A DNA stretch of 64,000 nucleotides. Source: Candidatus Multivoradales bacterium (GTDB lineage Bacteria > Acidobacteriota > Thermoanaerobaculia > Multivoradales > JAHEKO01). Below, one piece after another: positions 46,352-56,291 of this stretch. Each line of letters opens with the position of its first letter. Within the stretch, counting starts at the first letter, position 1. The stretch is from the NCBI GenBank assembly GCA_965223855.1, contig CBDCXM010000009.1:352001-416000 (forward strand). Direction: 5' to 3'. Below the pieces are notes generated by a model. That model had not been told where the DNA came from. It saw nothing but the letters and a program-made list of their open reading frames with translations, and made no database searches. The position numbers were made by a program, and so were the translations under genes.

Positions 46352-47214
46352 CCGCCTACGCCACTGCCGCCGCTCTCCGCCAGGCGATCGAAGAGCGTCT
46401 TCGCCATCGGTCCGAGACCACGGGAGAGAGTCTCGATCGTCTGCGACGCAGGCTCGTCTTTGAACGCCTGCTGGTTCGACTCCAGGAGTCTCAGCCTGGG
46501 AGCTGGATCCTGAAAGGAGGGATGGCGCTCGAACTTCGGCTTGGAGATCGAGCCCGAGCCACCAAGGATCTCGACCTGGCGCTACGAGAGAGCGAACCGA
46601 CGGAAGAACTCGTGCTCACGAAGCTGGCGCAAGCAATCCAGATCGAAGTCGATCAAGACCGATTCGAGTTCGAGATTCGCGGCATCCGGAGCATGGCGCC
46701 CCATGTCTCTCCCGACACTGTCTGGCGAGTCAACCTTCTCGCGAAGCTGGCAGGGCGGGAGTTCGGCTCGATCCGCGCCGACATCGTTACGCGAACCGAC
46801 GAGATCGCGTCAACCGAGACTTTTCTGCCTACGCCCACCCTGGACATCCCCGAGTTGCAGACTCGCGAAGTGGAGATCGTCGATCCGAAACAGCACTTTG
46901 CAGAGAAGCTCCACGCGGTCACTCGTTCCTTCGCCAACCGACCCAACACGCGCTCTCGAGACCTGGTCGATCTGGTTCTGTTGATCGAGAACGGCCTACG
47001 CGCCGATCAACGGCTCGCCAAGACACTCGCGCACGTCTTCGACCACCGCGGCACTCACTCTCTGGAGGGCCCTTTGCCCGAACTCCCGGAGAGCTGGCGC
47101 CCGGAGTTCGACAGAGCCGTTCGAGACTTGCAACTCGGACCCAAGAGCCTCGATGAGGCCGTCGAACTCGTCGAGACCTTCCTGAGTCGGACTTTCTCCA
47201 ACCCCGAAGGGTGA
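46348..47214 (+). CDS. abiEii: Nucleotidyltransferase toxin, AbiEii/AbiGii (DUF1814) family
   Basis: GTGA overlap. ILKGGMAL, RATKDLDL, AEKLHA, RSRDLVDL. Confidence 0.92.
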   Translation: MTAYATAAALRQAIEERLRHRSETTGESLDRLRRRLVFERLLVRLQESQPGSWILKGGMALELRLGDRARATKDLDLALRESEPTEELVLTKLAQAIQIEVDQDRFEFEIRGIRSMAPHVSPDTVWRVNLLAKLAGREFGSIRADIVTRTDEIASTETFLPTPTLDIPELQTREVEIVDPKQHFAEKLHAVTRSFANRPNTRSRDLVDLVLLIENGLRADQRLAKTLAHVFDHRGTHSLEGPLPELPESWRPEFDRAVRDLQLGPKSLDEAVELVETFLSRTFSNPEG

Positions 47215-47244
47215 GTCCGGCCGGCAAGGCTCGACTCGCCCGAG

Positions 47245-50097
47245 CTACACCGGATAGACCTTCAGTACCTCGTCCCCGTAGTGGTTGATCACCTTGACGG
47301 CGATCTTCCCTGACTCGGGCTTGTCGAACGGGCGACTCTCGGTCCGGTAGAGGGTCGACCAGGCGTCCTCGTCGATCTCCGCCTTGAGCGCCTTCTTGAG
47401 CTTCTCGTAGGGCTTGTCGGCGCCGGTGAAGTAGGCATGACGGACGAAGAAGCTCTCGCCGTTGTAGTCGGTATCGAGGAACCAACAGGCGATCTCGTCG
47501 GTGGTGCTGGAGCGGATCTCGCCAGTGGTCGGGTCGTAGACGTCGAGACCGTGGATCTCGACCTGCATGCGGCCGCCCTCGACTTCGCGCAGCTCGATGT
47601 CCGGCTCGCCGAACACCATGAAGAGATTGCCGGCGCCGGTCTTCTTGAGGAGTTCCTCGCCCATCGAGAGATCGGGGTTCATCCGCACCAGCAGCACCGG
47701 CAGCTTGCCGTACTGCTTCGAGGCTTCGGCGATGAAACCTCGTTCCGCAGTCGCTCCTTCGGGTGAGATCGCCTTCGCCTTCTCGCTCGCGTGGGCATCG
47801 AAGGCGAAGCCGAGTACCAGCAGCAGGTCGAAGCCGACCCCCGCCACCGCCTCCTTGGCCGCCCCTTCGATCTGATCCTTGCCGACCGTACCGTGCTCGG
47901 GGCCGATCGCGATCGCCACGCGCTTTCTCTTGCCGTCGGCGTCCTCGTACTCGCCCGCCGCCTGCACCCAGGCGCCGGCGAACGGCTCGACGAAGTCGAA
48001 CTCGAGCCGCTCCTCGCGGCGGGTGTTCTGGACCCCGGCCTTCCGCAGATTGTCGAGGATCATCGACTCGAACCCCTCGCCGCCGCGCTCGGCGGCCGCC
48101 GCCCGGCGTTCCTCGCCCTCCCCCGCCGGGCGTTCGGCCGACGGATCGAGCAGGCGGTGGGGGGAGAGGCTCTCGACCGTGAACGGGCCAGTCACCCGCA
48201 CCGCGCCCTTGTCTTCGTAGGGGCGGTCGACCAGCAGCTCCTGGTCGGCACGGCGGGCGATCGAAGCGTCGATCTCCTCTTGGCGGCGGCGGCGGAGCTT
48301 CCACCACGCCTCGTGCGCCTCGGTCGCCTCCTGCGGCCAGCCGGCGTCGGGTTCGCGCGGAATCTCCCACTCCTCCCACGACTGCTTCGCCGCCTCGTTG
48401 AGCGCCGCGCGCAGGGGCTCCAGCTCCTGCTGGTGGCGCTCCCAAATCTCGTCGATCTCCTCGTTGTTGGCGATCGCCTTCAGGGTGATGTGGGGGACGC
48501 GCTCGTAGACGAAGCCCCTCCGCACATCGCCGCCGTACTCGGGCTCGGCGCCGGAGGCGTCGAGCGGGCGACCGGTGATCTCCGCCTCCTTCGCTGTACC
48601 CTCGGGGGTGTCGGCGAGCAGGTAGTACGGGTACTTCGCCGTCATCAGGCGGGTGCGGGCCAGCGCAAGGGCGACGCGTGAGGTGTCGATGGTAATCCAG
48701 CGGCGGCCCCATTGCTCGGCGAGGAGAGCGGTCATCCCCGACCCGCAAGTCGGATCCAGAACGAGGTCGCCAGGGTGGCTCGCCATGAGAAGACACCGCT
48801 CGATCACCTCAGGTTGAGTTTGAACTACGTACACCTTGGCTGCGGACTTACCGGCCGTATCACCCCATAGATTGGTCCGCGGAGTGAACGCAAAGTCGTC
48901 ATGGAAACGCACAAACCACGGTGGGCCTCCGCGACTCTCGAGTCGTCCAGCGCGCTCGAGCCGATCAAGGCCGTCCAGGGTGGTCTTCCAGTGGGCGTTC
49001 CTCCCGGGATTGAACTCTGCACCGCGCCAGGAGAATCCTTGAGCGGTCTTGGCAGCGCCAGCTGAGTTCAACTTGGAGAGAGCGTAGATCCTCGCTCCTT
49101 TGGGAAGCCGGTCGGGGTTCGACTTCTCATTTCCGCGGACTGGCCTTCGCACACCTTCGTGCTCGATCCCCCACGATCCTCCGGCCGTCCCGCTCATCCA
49201 AGCAGCCTGCCGCCTCCTGCGCCAAAGTTGGTGGTACGCGGCTTGGTCGGCTCTCTTCGAGTACCAGACGACGTAGAACACACCATCGTCCAGCAACTTG
49301 CTGGGCGTAGCCGTCTTCTTGACGCTGATCAGAGAAACGCAGTTCTCGCTACCGAACACCTCGTCCAGTAGAGCCCTAACGAGGTGGACGTTCTCGACTC
49401 CAATCTGGACGAAGACAGAGCCCGTCTCAGTGAGCAGCTCTCGCGCCACCACCAACCGATCCCTCAAGTACGCCAGGTACGAGTGAATCCCCAGCTCCCA
49501 CGTATCCCGGAACGCCTTCACCTGCTCCGGCTGCCGCGTCGCGTCCCCCGCCTTGCCGTCCTTGACGTCACGCTTCCGCGTCGAAACCTGCCAGTTCGAC
49601 CCGAACTTGATCCCGTAGGGCGGGTCGAGATAGATCGTCTGCACCTTCCCCTTGAGCCCCTCCTTCTCCGCCAGGCTCGTCATCACCATCAGCGAGTCGC
49701 CGAGGATCATCCGGTTCGACCACTTCTCGTCGTGCCGGTAGAAGTCGATCCGCTTGTCGAAGTCGTCGAGCGCGTCGAATTCGGCGAAGAGCATCTGCTC
49801 CGGCTCGGGCTCCCCTTCCCGCGCCGTGTCGCGCAGGTTCTCCACCAGCGCCTGGGGATGGACCTTCTCCTGGATGTAGACCGGCACCACCGGCACCGCG
49901 AGGTCGGCGCGGTCCTGCTCGTCTTTGCCCTGCCAGACGAGCTGCGGGTCGAGCGACGGGTCGCGCGGGTAGAGCAGGTGCTCGCGCCCCTCTTCGTCCT
50001 CGGCGACGAAGGCGGCGAGCTCCTCGGTGGGGATGTTGGTGCGGGCGTCCTGGTGGTGGATCGCCTCGACGGACTTCTCCTTCTTCTTCTTCGCCAT
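47245..50097 (-). CDS. mod: Type III restriction-modification N6-adenine methyltransferase (Mod)
   Basis: beta-class order: IYLDPPYG, then variable region, then VLDPTCGSGMT. Long C-terminal extension ending IAVKVINHYGDEVLKV. Confidence 0.92.
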   Translation of the reverse strand: MAKKKKEKSVEAIHHQDARTNIPTEELAAFVAEDEEGREHLLYPRDPSLDPQLVWQGKDEQDRADLAVPVVPVYIQEKVHPQALVENLRDTAREGEPEPEQMLFAEFDALDDFDKRIDFYRHDEKWSNRMILGDSLMVMTSLAEKEGLKGKVQTIYLDPPYGIKFGSNWQVSTRKRDVKDGKAGDATRQPEQVKAFRDTWELGIHSYLAYLRDRLVVARELLTETGSVFVQIGVENVHLVRALLDEVFGSENCVSLISVKKTATPSKLLDDGVFYVVWYSKRADQAAYHQLWRRRRQAAWMSGTAGGSWGIEHEGVRRPVRGNEKSNPDRLPKGARIYALSKLNSAGAAKTAQGFSWRGAEFNPGRNAHWKTTLDGLDRLERAGRLESRGGPPWFVRFHDDFAFTPRTNLWGDTAGKSAAKVYVVQTQPEVIERCLLMASHPGDLVLDPTCGSGMTALLAEQWGRRWITIDTSRVALALARTRLMTAKYPYYLLADTPEGTAKEAEITGRPLDASGAEPEYGGDVRRGFVYERVPHITLKAIANNEEIDEIWERHQQELEPLRAALNEAAKQSWEEWEIPREPDAGWPQEATEAHEAWWKLRRRRQEEIDASIARRADQELLVDRPYEDKGAVRVTGPFTVESLSPHRLLDPSAERPAGEGEERRAAAAERGGEGFESMILDNLRKAGVQNTRREERLEFDFVEPFAGAWVQAAGEYEDADGKRKRVAIAIGPEHGTVGKDQIEGAAKEAVAGVGFDLLLVLGFAFDAHASEKAKAISPEGATAERGFIAEASKQYGKLPVLLVRMNPDLSMGEELLKKTGAGNLFMVFGEPDIELREVEGGRMQVEIHGLDVYDPTTGEIRSSTTDEIACWFLDTDYNGESFFVRHAYFTGADKPYEKLKKALKAEIDEDAWSTLYRTESRPFDKPESGKIAVKVINHYGDEVLKVYPV

Positions 50098-50156
50098 CTA
50101 CGTTCTCTTTCCGGAGGGTTGCCGGGTCATACCCAGACTGTGCGAACTGCTGTCGG

Positions 50157-50322
50157 CGCGCGTCCAGCGGCCCGTTTCGGCAACTGGCGGATGGACAGTG
50201 TCTGAAGAAGCTGTAGCTCTCCGGTCCGTCAAGGGCGGCGAAGGGGTTTCTCTGCCCGGGGCCAGGTCGGGTATGGCCGGGCAGAGAAAGGGCTTCGCCG
50301 CCCTGAATCCTCTGGACGCGCG
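50157..50322. repeat. 166-bp branched foldback element between res and mod
   Basis: Outer IR CGCGCGTCCAG/CTGGACGCGCG. Inner hairpin 50232-50304: AGGGCGGCGAAG..TTTCTCTGCCC / GGGCAGAGAAA..CTTCGCCGCCCT. Confidence 0.65.
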
Positions 50323-50330
50323 AACGATGG

Positions 50331-53300
50331 TCACCGCTCGCCTCCGCCAAGCCAGTCCAGAATCGCCTGCTTCCCCTGCCAGGGGTCGGTGATCTCCAAG
50401 AAGCCCCAGCGCCCGAGACGCGCGTTGTTGACCGCCGGCACCCAGAGCGACTTCGCGGTATCGACCTTCACCTGCTTGTCCTTGCGCCTCTCGCCGCTGA
50501 CTTCGAGGACGAGGTGCAGGGGGTCGTCGTGGCCGCCCCCGTCGTCGATGCGGGCAATGAAGTCGGGCACATAGCTACGGGTGATGCCGCCGTCCGAGTA
50601 GGGGATGGTGAAGCCGAGGTTGTCGTTCTTGACGTACGCCTCGACCGGGTCGAGCTTCTCCAGACTCTGCGCCATCTTCTGCTCCCACGACTCGGTGTCG
50701 GCGACGACGTGGGAGACGTGGCACTTCTCCGGGTCCGTCACCCACACCGGCCGCCGGGTGTCGAATTCGACCCAGCGGGTCGAACCCTCCGGCTCGAAGC
50801 GCCGCAGGATCGGCAGCAGCACCGCGTCGTCCGCTGCGGCGCGGACGATCGAGCGGTAGATGCGGCCGGCCGCCTGGTGAGAGAGTTCGGAGAGCAGCAG
50901 CAACTGGGGAAAGACGTCGTCGGAGAGCACGAGACACTGTTCGCGCCACCGGCGGGCGATGGCGAGGATCTCCGGGAATCGCCACGCCTGGACCGTCTCC
51001 GGCGCGACGTCGCCATCCTCCTCCTCACCCTCGACGCCGCCGCGGAAATAGCGCTCCAGCACCCGGCGGGCCAGTTGGAAATCGACCTCGGCGAGGCGGC
51101 GCGCCTTGAGGTCGTCGAGCGTGTGGATGGCGCTCTCGCCGACGATCGGCGCGTTCTCGACCTCGGTCGGCACGTCGCGAGTCGACAGATGGAGCACGGC
51201 GCCGTCGTCGAACTGCGCCTCCAGTCGCTCGGACGGCAGCTCCCAGCGGTAACCCTCGAGGCGGGGGAAGGCGATCTCGCACTCGGCACGATCGGGCAGT
51301 GCCCTCACATGAGTCGGCTCGACGTCCGGCTTCGGATCTTCGATCGAGCCCGAGGTGGGGATGAACGAGAACGGCACGCCGTAGACCTCGGCGTACTCGG
51401 GGCTGAACTTCCTCTTCTCGTTGAGGGCGTAGCTGCGCCGTCTCAAGCCGCGGCCGATCACCTGCTCGCACAGGAGCTGAGTGCCGAAGGCGCGCACACC
51501 GAGGATGTGGGTGACGGTGCTCGCGTCCCAACCCTCGGTGAGCATCGACACCGACACCACGCACCGCACCCCCTCGCCGAGCTTGCCTTTCTTGCCGACG
51601 GTGTTCATCACCTCGCGCAACAGGTCGGAGTCGGTGAGCTGGTCGGGGTCGCGACCGGGGAAGCGTGCGCGGAATTCGTCCTTCCACTCCTCGATCTCGT
51701 GCGCCATCAGCTTCTTGAACGCCGGCGCGAGGGCGTCGCCCGATTCGAGCTGCTCGCTGTCGATGAGCACCGTGTTGGGGCGCGCCCGCCAGCGGGCGGG
51801 GGAGCCGGCTTCGACGTTGTCAAAGAGCGCCAGTTTGCCGGGGACGAGGACCGATTCGCCCTTCCTGACCTGTTTCTCCCAGCCGGAGATGTAGTCGTAG
51901 ACGAGCTTCGACACCGCGGTGTTGTTGCAGACGACAATGAAAACCGGCGGCGTCGAGCCTCCGGAGCGCTCCTTCTCCCCCGCCTCCCAGGCGGCGTAGT
52001 GCTGCTCGTAGTGTCCGTAGAGGCTCTGGAGCGCCCCTTCCAGCTCAGCCGGCAGGTCGGGTTCAGTCGGAGTGGCGCCGGCGGTGCGCCCCTTCTTCGG
52101 CAGGTCGTCGCGGATCTTGGACCACAGCTCCCGGTAGGTCGGCAGAGGGCCGGTCATCGAGTCGTCCGCCACCGGCACGCGCGGCACCTTCACGAGCCCC
52201 GCCTCGATGGCATCGATGAGCGAGAAGTCGGACACCACCCAAGGGAAGAGCGTCCCTTCCGAGTAGCCGGAGCCCTTGAGGAAGAACGGCGTCGCCGAAA
52301 GGTCGTAGATCGCCCGGATACCGATCTTCTTCTGGATCGCTTCGAGACCGGAGATCCAGACGTGCGCCTTCTTGCCTTCGCGCGTCGCCTCGGCGCGCTC
52401 GTCGCGGGTGAGCTTCTCCTTCTTCGCGGACTCCTTCGGCCGGTAGCAGTGGTGCGCCTCGTCGTTCAAGACGACGATGTTCTTCTTGCCGCCGAGATCG
52501 CGCAGCACGCGGCGCACCATCTGGTCGGGAGTCTCGAGGAACGGGCTCTCTTCGCTCCCCCGGGTGAGGATCGCCTTGGTCAGCCGCGCGGCGTCGCCGG
52601 TGTCGCGGCGGATGAACCTGTGGAAGTTGACGATCTCGATCTTCGCCCGATGGAGCTGACCGCGCAGCTCGGGCGGCACCAGGTTCCACCTGCCGCCGTA
52701 GTAGTTCTCGGCGTCGCCCGGCAGCAGCACTCGCAATCGGTCGCGCACGGTGATGCCCGGGGCGACGACGAGGAAGGCGTCGGAGAAGCGCTTGTCCTGC
52801 GGGTTGGCGATTTTGTTGAGCGCCTGCCAGGCGATGAGCATCGCCATGATGAGCGTCTTGCCGGAGCCGGTCGCCATCTTGAGGGCGAGCCGGTAGAGGC
52901 CGGGGTTGGCCCCCTCGTTGGCCTCACGCAGCTCGTTCTCGATCCAGGCGTCCCCTTCCCTCCTGGCCGCCTCGGCCAGGTAGATCGCCGTTTCGAGCGC
53001 TTCGCGCTGGCAGAAGAAGAGGCGCGGCTCGCGGCCGGTGTCGTTCCAGTGCTCGAGCAGCCGGCGGGTGGTCGGCGTCACCCCCGGATAGTCGCCCTGG
53101 CGGAAGCGGGCGACGCGGGCGCGAACGCGGTTGATGAAGGCGTTCTCCTCGACCCGGTCCGAGGTCCATTGGGTCTTCTCGAGCTGGAGCTGCTTCTTTC
53201 CCTTCTTCTTCGTCGGCGCGATCGGAATGAAGTACGCGCTGGTGCGCCGTGACTCGACAATCTCGTCGGTGATTCCGTCTTCGCCGAAGCGGAAGTGGCG

Positions 53301-53357
53301 ATCCGGCTCCTCGTAGGGGGTGTTGAGGATCGGGTTCGGGATCGTGGTTGGGGGCAT
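50331..53357 (-). CDS. res: Type III restriction endonuclease Res subunit (SF2 helicase plus PD-(D/E)xK; BPTD_3080-like)
   Basis: Start MPPTTIPNPILNTPYEEP at 53357. MATGSGKT, DEAHH, SATP, MLTEGWD, QVIGRGLRR, YVPDFI...LEVSG. Confidence 0.92.
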   Translation of the reverse strand: MPPTTIPNPILNTPYEEPDRHFRFGEDGITDEIVESRRTSAYFIPIAPTKKKGKKQLQLEKTQWTSDRVEENAFINRVRARVARFRQGDYPGVTPTTRRLLEHWNDTGREPRLFFCQREALETAIYLAEAARREGDAWIENELREANEGANPGLYRLALKMATGSGKTLIMAMLIAWQALNKIANPQDKRFSDAFLVVAPGITVRDRLRVLLPGDAENYYGGRWNLVPPELRGQLHRAKIEIVNFHRFIRRDTGDAARLTKAILTRGSEESPFLETPDQMVRRVLRDLGGKKNIVVLNDEAHHCYRPKESAKKEKLTRDERAEATREGKKAHVWISGLEAIQKKIGIRAIYDLSATPFFLKGSGYSEGTLFPWVVSDFSLIDAIEAGLVKVPRVPVADDSMTGPLPTYRELWSKIRDDLPKKGRTAGATPTEPDLPAELEGALQSLYGHYEQHYAAWEAGEKERSGGSTPPVFIVVCNNTAVSKLVYDYISGWEKQVRKGESVLVPGKLALFDNVEAGSPARWRARPNTVLIDSEQLESGDALAPAFKKLMAHEIEEWKDEFRARFPGRDPDQLTDSDLLREVMNTVGKKGKLGEGVRCVVSVSMLTEGWDASTVTHILGVRAFGTQLLCEQVIGRGLRRRSYALNEKRKFSPEYAEVYGVPFSFIPTSGSIEDPKPDVEPTHVRALPDRAECEIAFPRLEGYRWELPSERLEAQFDDGAVLHLSTRDVPTEVENAPIVGESAIHTLDDLKARRLAEVDFQLARRVLERYFRGGVEGEEEDGDVAPETVQAWRFPEILAIARRWREQCLVLSDDVFPQLLLLSELSHQAAGRIYRSIVRAAADDAVLLPILRRFEPEGSTRWVEFDTRRPVWVTDPEKCHVSHVVADTESWEQKMAQSLEKLDPVEAYVKNDNLGFTIPYSDGGITRSYVPDFIARIDDGGGHDDPLHLVLEVSGERRKDKQVKVDTAKSLWVPAVNNARLGRWGFLEITDPWQGKQAILDWLGGGER

Positions 53358-53572
53358 GGATCGAGTTTGCGGAATCGCAACGAGGAAGTCTCGTTGGCGT
53401 TTCGGCACATCGGCAACCGAAGAAGAGCTTGCGGCGAAGCTAACAAAGGGCCGCTCACCGCGTAAAGAAGAGTGCTGCGTGGCGACGGCTCGCGGCTCCG
53501 CGACTGCTACCATCGCCGACCCGGGCATCCGGCCGGGTACCCTCTTCTCCCCATACTCGAGGTCGATCACCG

Positions 53573-54997
53573 ATGCTCCATATCCCTCTGCTCCGCGCCG
53601 GCAAGCCCTATCGCAGCCTCGCCGTCCGCACGCTGACCGACATCCGCACCGGCGAGCCGGTGGTGGAGGTCTCGCAGGCCAACGCCGGGCTGCTGGCCCG
53701 CGATCTGACGCGCGCGGCGGAGAACCAGCAGCGGCTAGAGCGGCTCTCGGTCGACGAGCTGCTCGACATCTGTTCGCGAGCCGCCGCGGCGCTGGCGGAA
53801 GACGAACTGCCGATCGGTGACGAGATGCAGTCGCCCGAGCGCTACCTCGAGCAGGTTTCGGCCACCACCGGCCTGCCGCAGGCGATGGCGCGTGCCAATC
53901 TCGGCAAGGCGAAGTTCGTGCTCGAGGAGATGCGCACCGTCCTTGGCGGTCTCACCCGCGGCCTCGACGCCGACATCCTCGACCGTGGCTACGGCGAGCA
54001 GGACGGGCGGATCCTCTCCTACCGCCGCGAGACGCCGGTGCTCGGCGCGGTGCTGCCGTCGAACTCGCCCGGCGTGCACTCGCTGTGGCTGCCGGCGATC
54101 CCGATGAAGGTGACGCTGGCGCTCAAGCCCGGGCGGATGGAGCCGTGGACGCCGTATCGCATCGCCCAGGCGTTCATCGCCGCCGGCTGCCCGCCCGAGG
54201 CGTTCGGCTTCTACCCGACCGACCATGCCGGCGCCGGCGAGATCCTGCAGCGCTGCGGACGGTCGCTGCTTTACGGCGACGCCGCGACGGTCAAGCCGTG
54301 GGAGGGCGACCGCCGCGTGCAGCGCCACGGTCCCGGGTGGAGCAAGGTCGTGCTCGGCGAGGACGGCGCGGTCGACTGGGAGGAGCACCTGCCGCTGATG
54401 GCCGACTCGGTGGCCGCCAACGGCGGGCGTTCCTGCGTCAACGCCTCGGGCGTCTGGACTGCGGCTCAGGGACGCGAGATCGCCAAGGGGCTCGCCGGCG
54501 CGCTGGCGAAGATCGAAGCGCTGCCGCTCGACCATCCCGAGGCCCGGCTCGCCGCCTTCCCGAGCATCGAAGGCGCCCATCAACTCTCCGACTACATCGA
54601 CGCGCGACTGGCGATCCCCGGTGCTGAGGACGTGACTGCCTCCTACCGCGACAGCCGGGTCGTCGAGGTCGACGGTTGCGCCTTCGTCCTGCCGACCGTC
54701 GTCTACTGCACCGACCCGGAGCACCCGCTGGCGCGGGCCGAGTTCCTGTTCCCCTTCGTCAGCGTCGTCGAGCGGCCGGCGGGCGAGCTGGTGGCGGATC
54801 TCGGCGAGTCGCTGGTGGTGACCGGCCTCACCGAGGACCCGGCGCTGCGGCAGCAGCTCCTGACGGCGCCGCACGTCGAGCGCCTCAACCTCGGCGCCCT
54901 CGGCACCCACCAGGTCGCCTGGGACCAGCCGCACGAAGGAAATCTCTTCGAGCTGCTCTACCGGCAGCGGTCGTTCCAGGCCGCCGCCGCGGTCTGA
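53573..54997 (+). CDS. Aldehyde dehydrogenase superfamily / LuxC-like acyl reductase
   Basis: LPSNSPG, LKPG, HGPGWSK, catalytic NGGRSCVNAS, EFLFPF. Confidence 0.85.
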   Translation: MLHIPLLRAGKPYRSLAVRTLTDIRTGEPVVEVSQANAGLLARDLTRAAENQQRLERLSVDELLDICSRAAAALAEDELPIGDEMQSPERYLEQVSATTGLPQAMARANLGKAKFVLEEMRTVLGGLTRGLDADILDRGYGEQDGRILSYRRETPVLGAVLPSNSPGVHSLWLPAIPMKVTLALKPGRMEPWTPYRIAQAFIAAGCPPEAFGFYPTDHAGAGEILQRCGRSLLYGDAATVKPWEGDRRVQRHGPGWSKVVLGEDGAVDWEEHLPLMADSVAANGGRSCVNASGVWTAAQGREIAKGLAGALAKIEALPLDHPEARLAAFPSIEGAHQLSDYIDARLAIPGAEDVTASYRDSRVVEVDGCAFVLPTVVYCTDPEHPLARAEFLFPFVSVVERPAGELVADLGESLVVTGLTEDPALRQQLLTAPHVERLNLGALGTHQVAWDQPHEGNLFELLYRQRSFQAAAAV

Positions 54998-55025
54998 GCG
55001 CGGATCTCGACGGGTCGAAGCGACG

Positions 55026-56291
55026 ATGAGCGTTCCCGAGGGGCCTGTATCCGGGGGCCCGGTTTCCGAGGACTCGGCGTCCAGTGATCCGGGGCCCGAC
55101 AGCTCGGGGCTCGAGCCCACTGCGAGCCCTGCGGCGGCCAGCTCGCTGGACCCGCTCTCGGAGTGGACCCGTCGCGTTGGCGGAATCGAGGTGCGCTTCG
55201 GCGAGGGGCGGCTGGCGGAGCTCGGCGAGGCGGCCCGCGAGTTCACCCGGACCCGCGTCCTGCTCGTCACCGATCCGGGGCTGGTGGCGGCCGGCCATCC
55301 GGCGCGCGCCGAGGAGGCGCTCACCCGAGCCGGTCTCGACGTGACGACGTTCTCCGCCGTCAATGCCAACCCGACGGAGGAGGACGTCGCTGCGGGAACC
55401 GAAGTCGCTCGCGGGCGGTCTATCGAACTGATCGTCGCCCTCGGCGGCGGCAGTGCCATGGACTGCGCCAAGGGAATCAACTTCCTGCTGACCAACGGCG
55501 GGCGGATGGAGGACTACTGGGGTCGCGGCAAGGCGACGCGGCCGATGCTGCCGTCGATCGGCGTGCCGACGACCGCCGGCACCGGCAGCGAGGCACAGTC
55601 CTACGCCCTCATCACCCACGCCGAAACCCATCGCAAGATGGCCTGCGGTGACGAGAAGGCGCGCTTCCGGGCGGTCATCCTCGATCCGTCGCTGCTGCCG
55701 ACGGCGCCACGCGCGATCGCCGCAGCCGCCGGCATGGACGCCCTGTCGCACGCGCTCGAGAGCCTCGTCACCACGGCGCGCACCGAGCGCTCCGGCGAGC
55801 TCTCGCGCCGCGCCTGGGAGCTGCTCGCTCCGGTCACCGACCGTCTCGACCCGGGCGACTCCACAGGGCGACTGCTGGCCGACCGCTCCGACCGCGGACC
55901 GGCCGCCCTCGGAGCCTTCCTCGGCGGCGCCGCCATCGAGCAGTCGATGCTCGGTGCGGCCCACGCCGCCGCCAACCCGTTGACCGCCCGTTTCGGGGTA
56001 CCCCACGGCGAGGCGATCGGCCTCACCCTGGCGCCGGTGATCCGGGCGAACCGCGAGGTTGCCGAGGTGCTCTACAGGACCCTCGACCCGGGCGGCGCCG
56101 AGGCGCTGGCGACCCATGTCGAGACGACCCGCGACCGGCTCGAAATGCCGCAGTCGCTTTCGGTGTTGGGCATCTCGAAGCACGATCTGCCGGAGCTCGC
56201 GGCCGCTGCGACGCTCGAATGGACCGGCACGTTCAACCCGCGGCCGCTCGAGGCACAGGACTTCGAGGAGATCTATGAACAGGTTTTCTAG
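55026..56291 (+). CDS. Iron-containing (group III) alcohol dehydrogenase
   Basis: GGGSAMDCAK, PTTAGTGSE, metal ligands DALSH, GAAH, PHG. Low-complexity N-terminal extension. Confidence 0.92.
   Translation: MSVPEGPVSGGPVSEDSASSDPGPDSSGLEPTASPAAASSLDPLSEWTRRVGGIEVRFGEGRLAELGEAAREFTRTRVLLVTDPGLVAAGHPARAEEALTRAGLDVTTFSAVNANPTEEDVAAGTEVARGRSIELIVALGGGSAMDCAKGINFLLTNGGRMEDYWGRGKATRPMLPSIGVPTTAGTGSEAQSYALITHAETHRKMACGDEKARFRAVILDPSLLPTAPRAIAAAAGMDALSHALESLVTTARTERSGELSRRAWELLAPVTDRLDPGDSTGRLLADRSDRGPAALGAFLGGAAIEQSMLGAAHAAANPLTARFGVPHGEAIGLTLAPVIRANREVAEVLYRTLDPGGAEALATHVETTRDRLEMPQSLSVLGISKHDLPELAAAATLEWTGTFNPRPLEAQDFEEIYEQVF

Noticed and set aside
50070-50097. (AAG)n run at the 5' end of mod as a phase-variation tract
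   Set aside because: Only about 4 in-frame triplets encoding Lys; slippage would not shift the frame.
44590-54997. lux bioluminescence or phenazine operon
   Set aside because: No luxAB/luxD or phzA-G genes in the window; only fold-level similarity to LuxE/LuxC and EhpF/EhpG.
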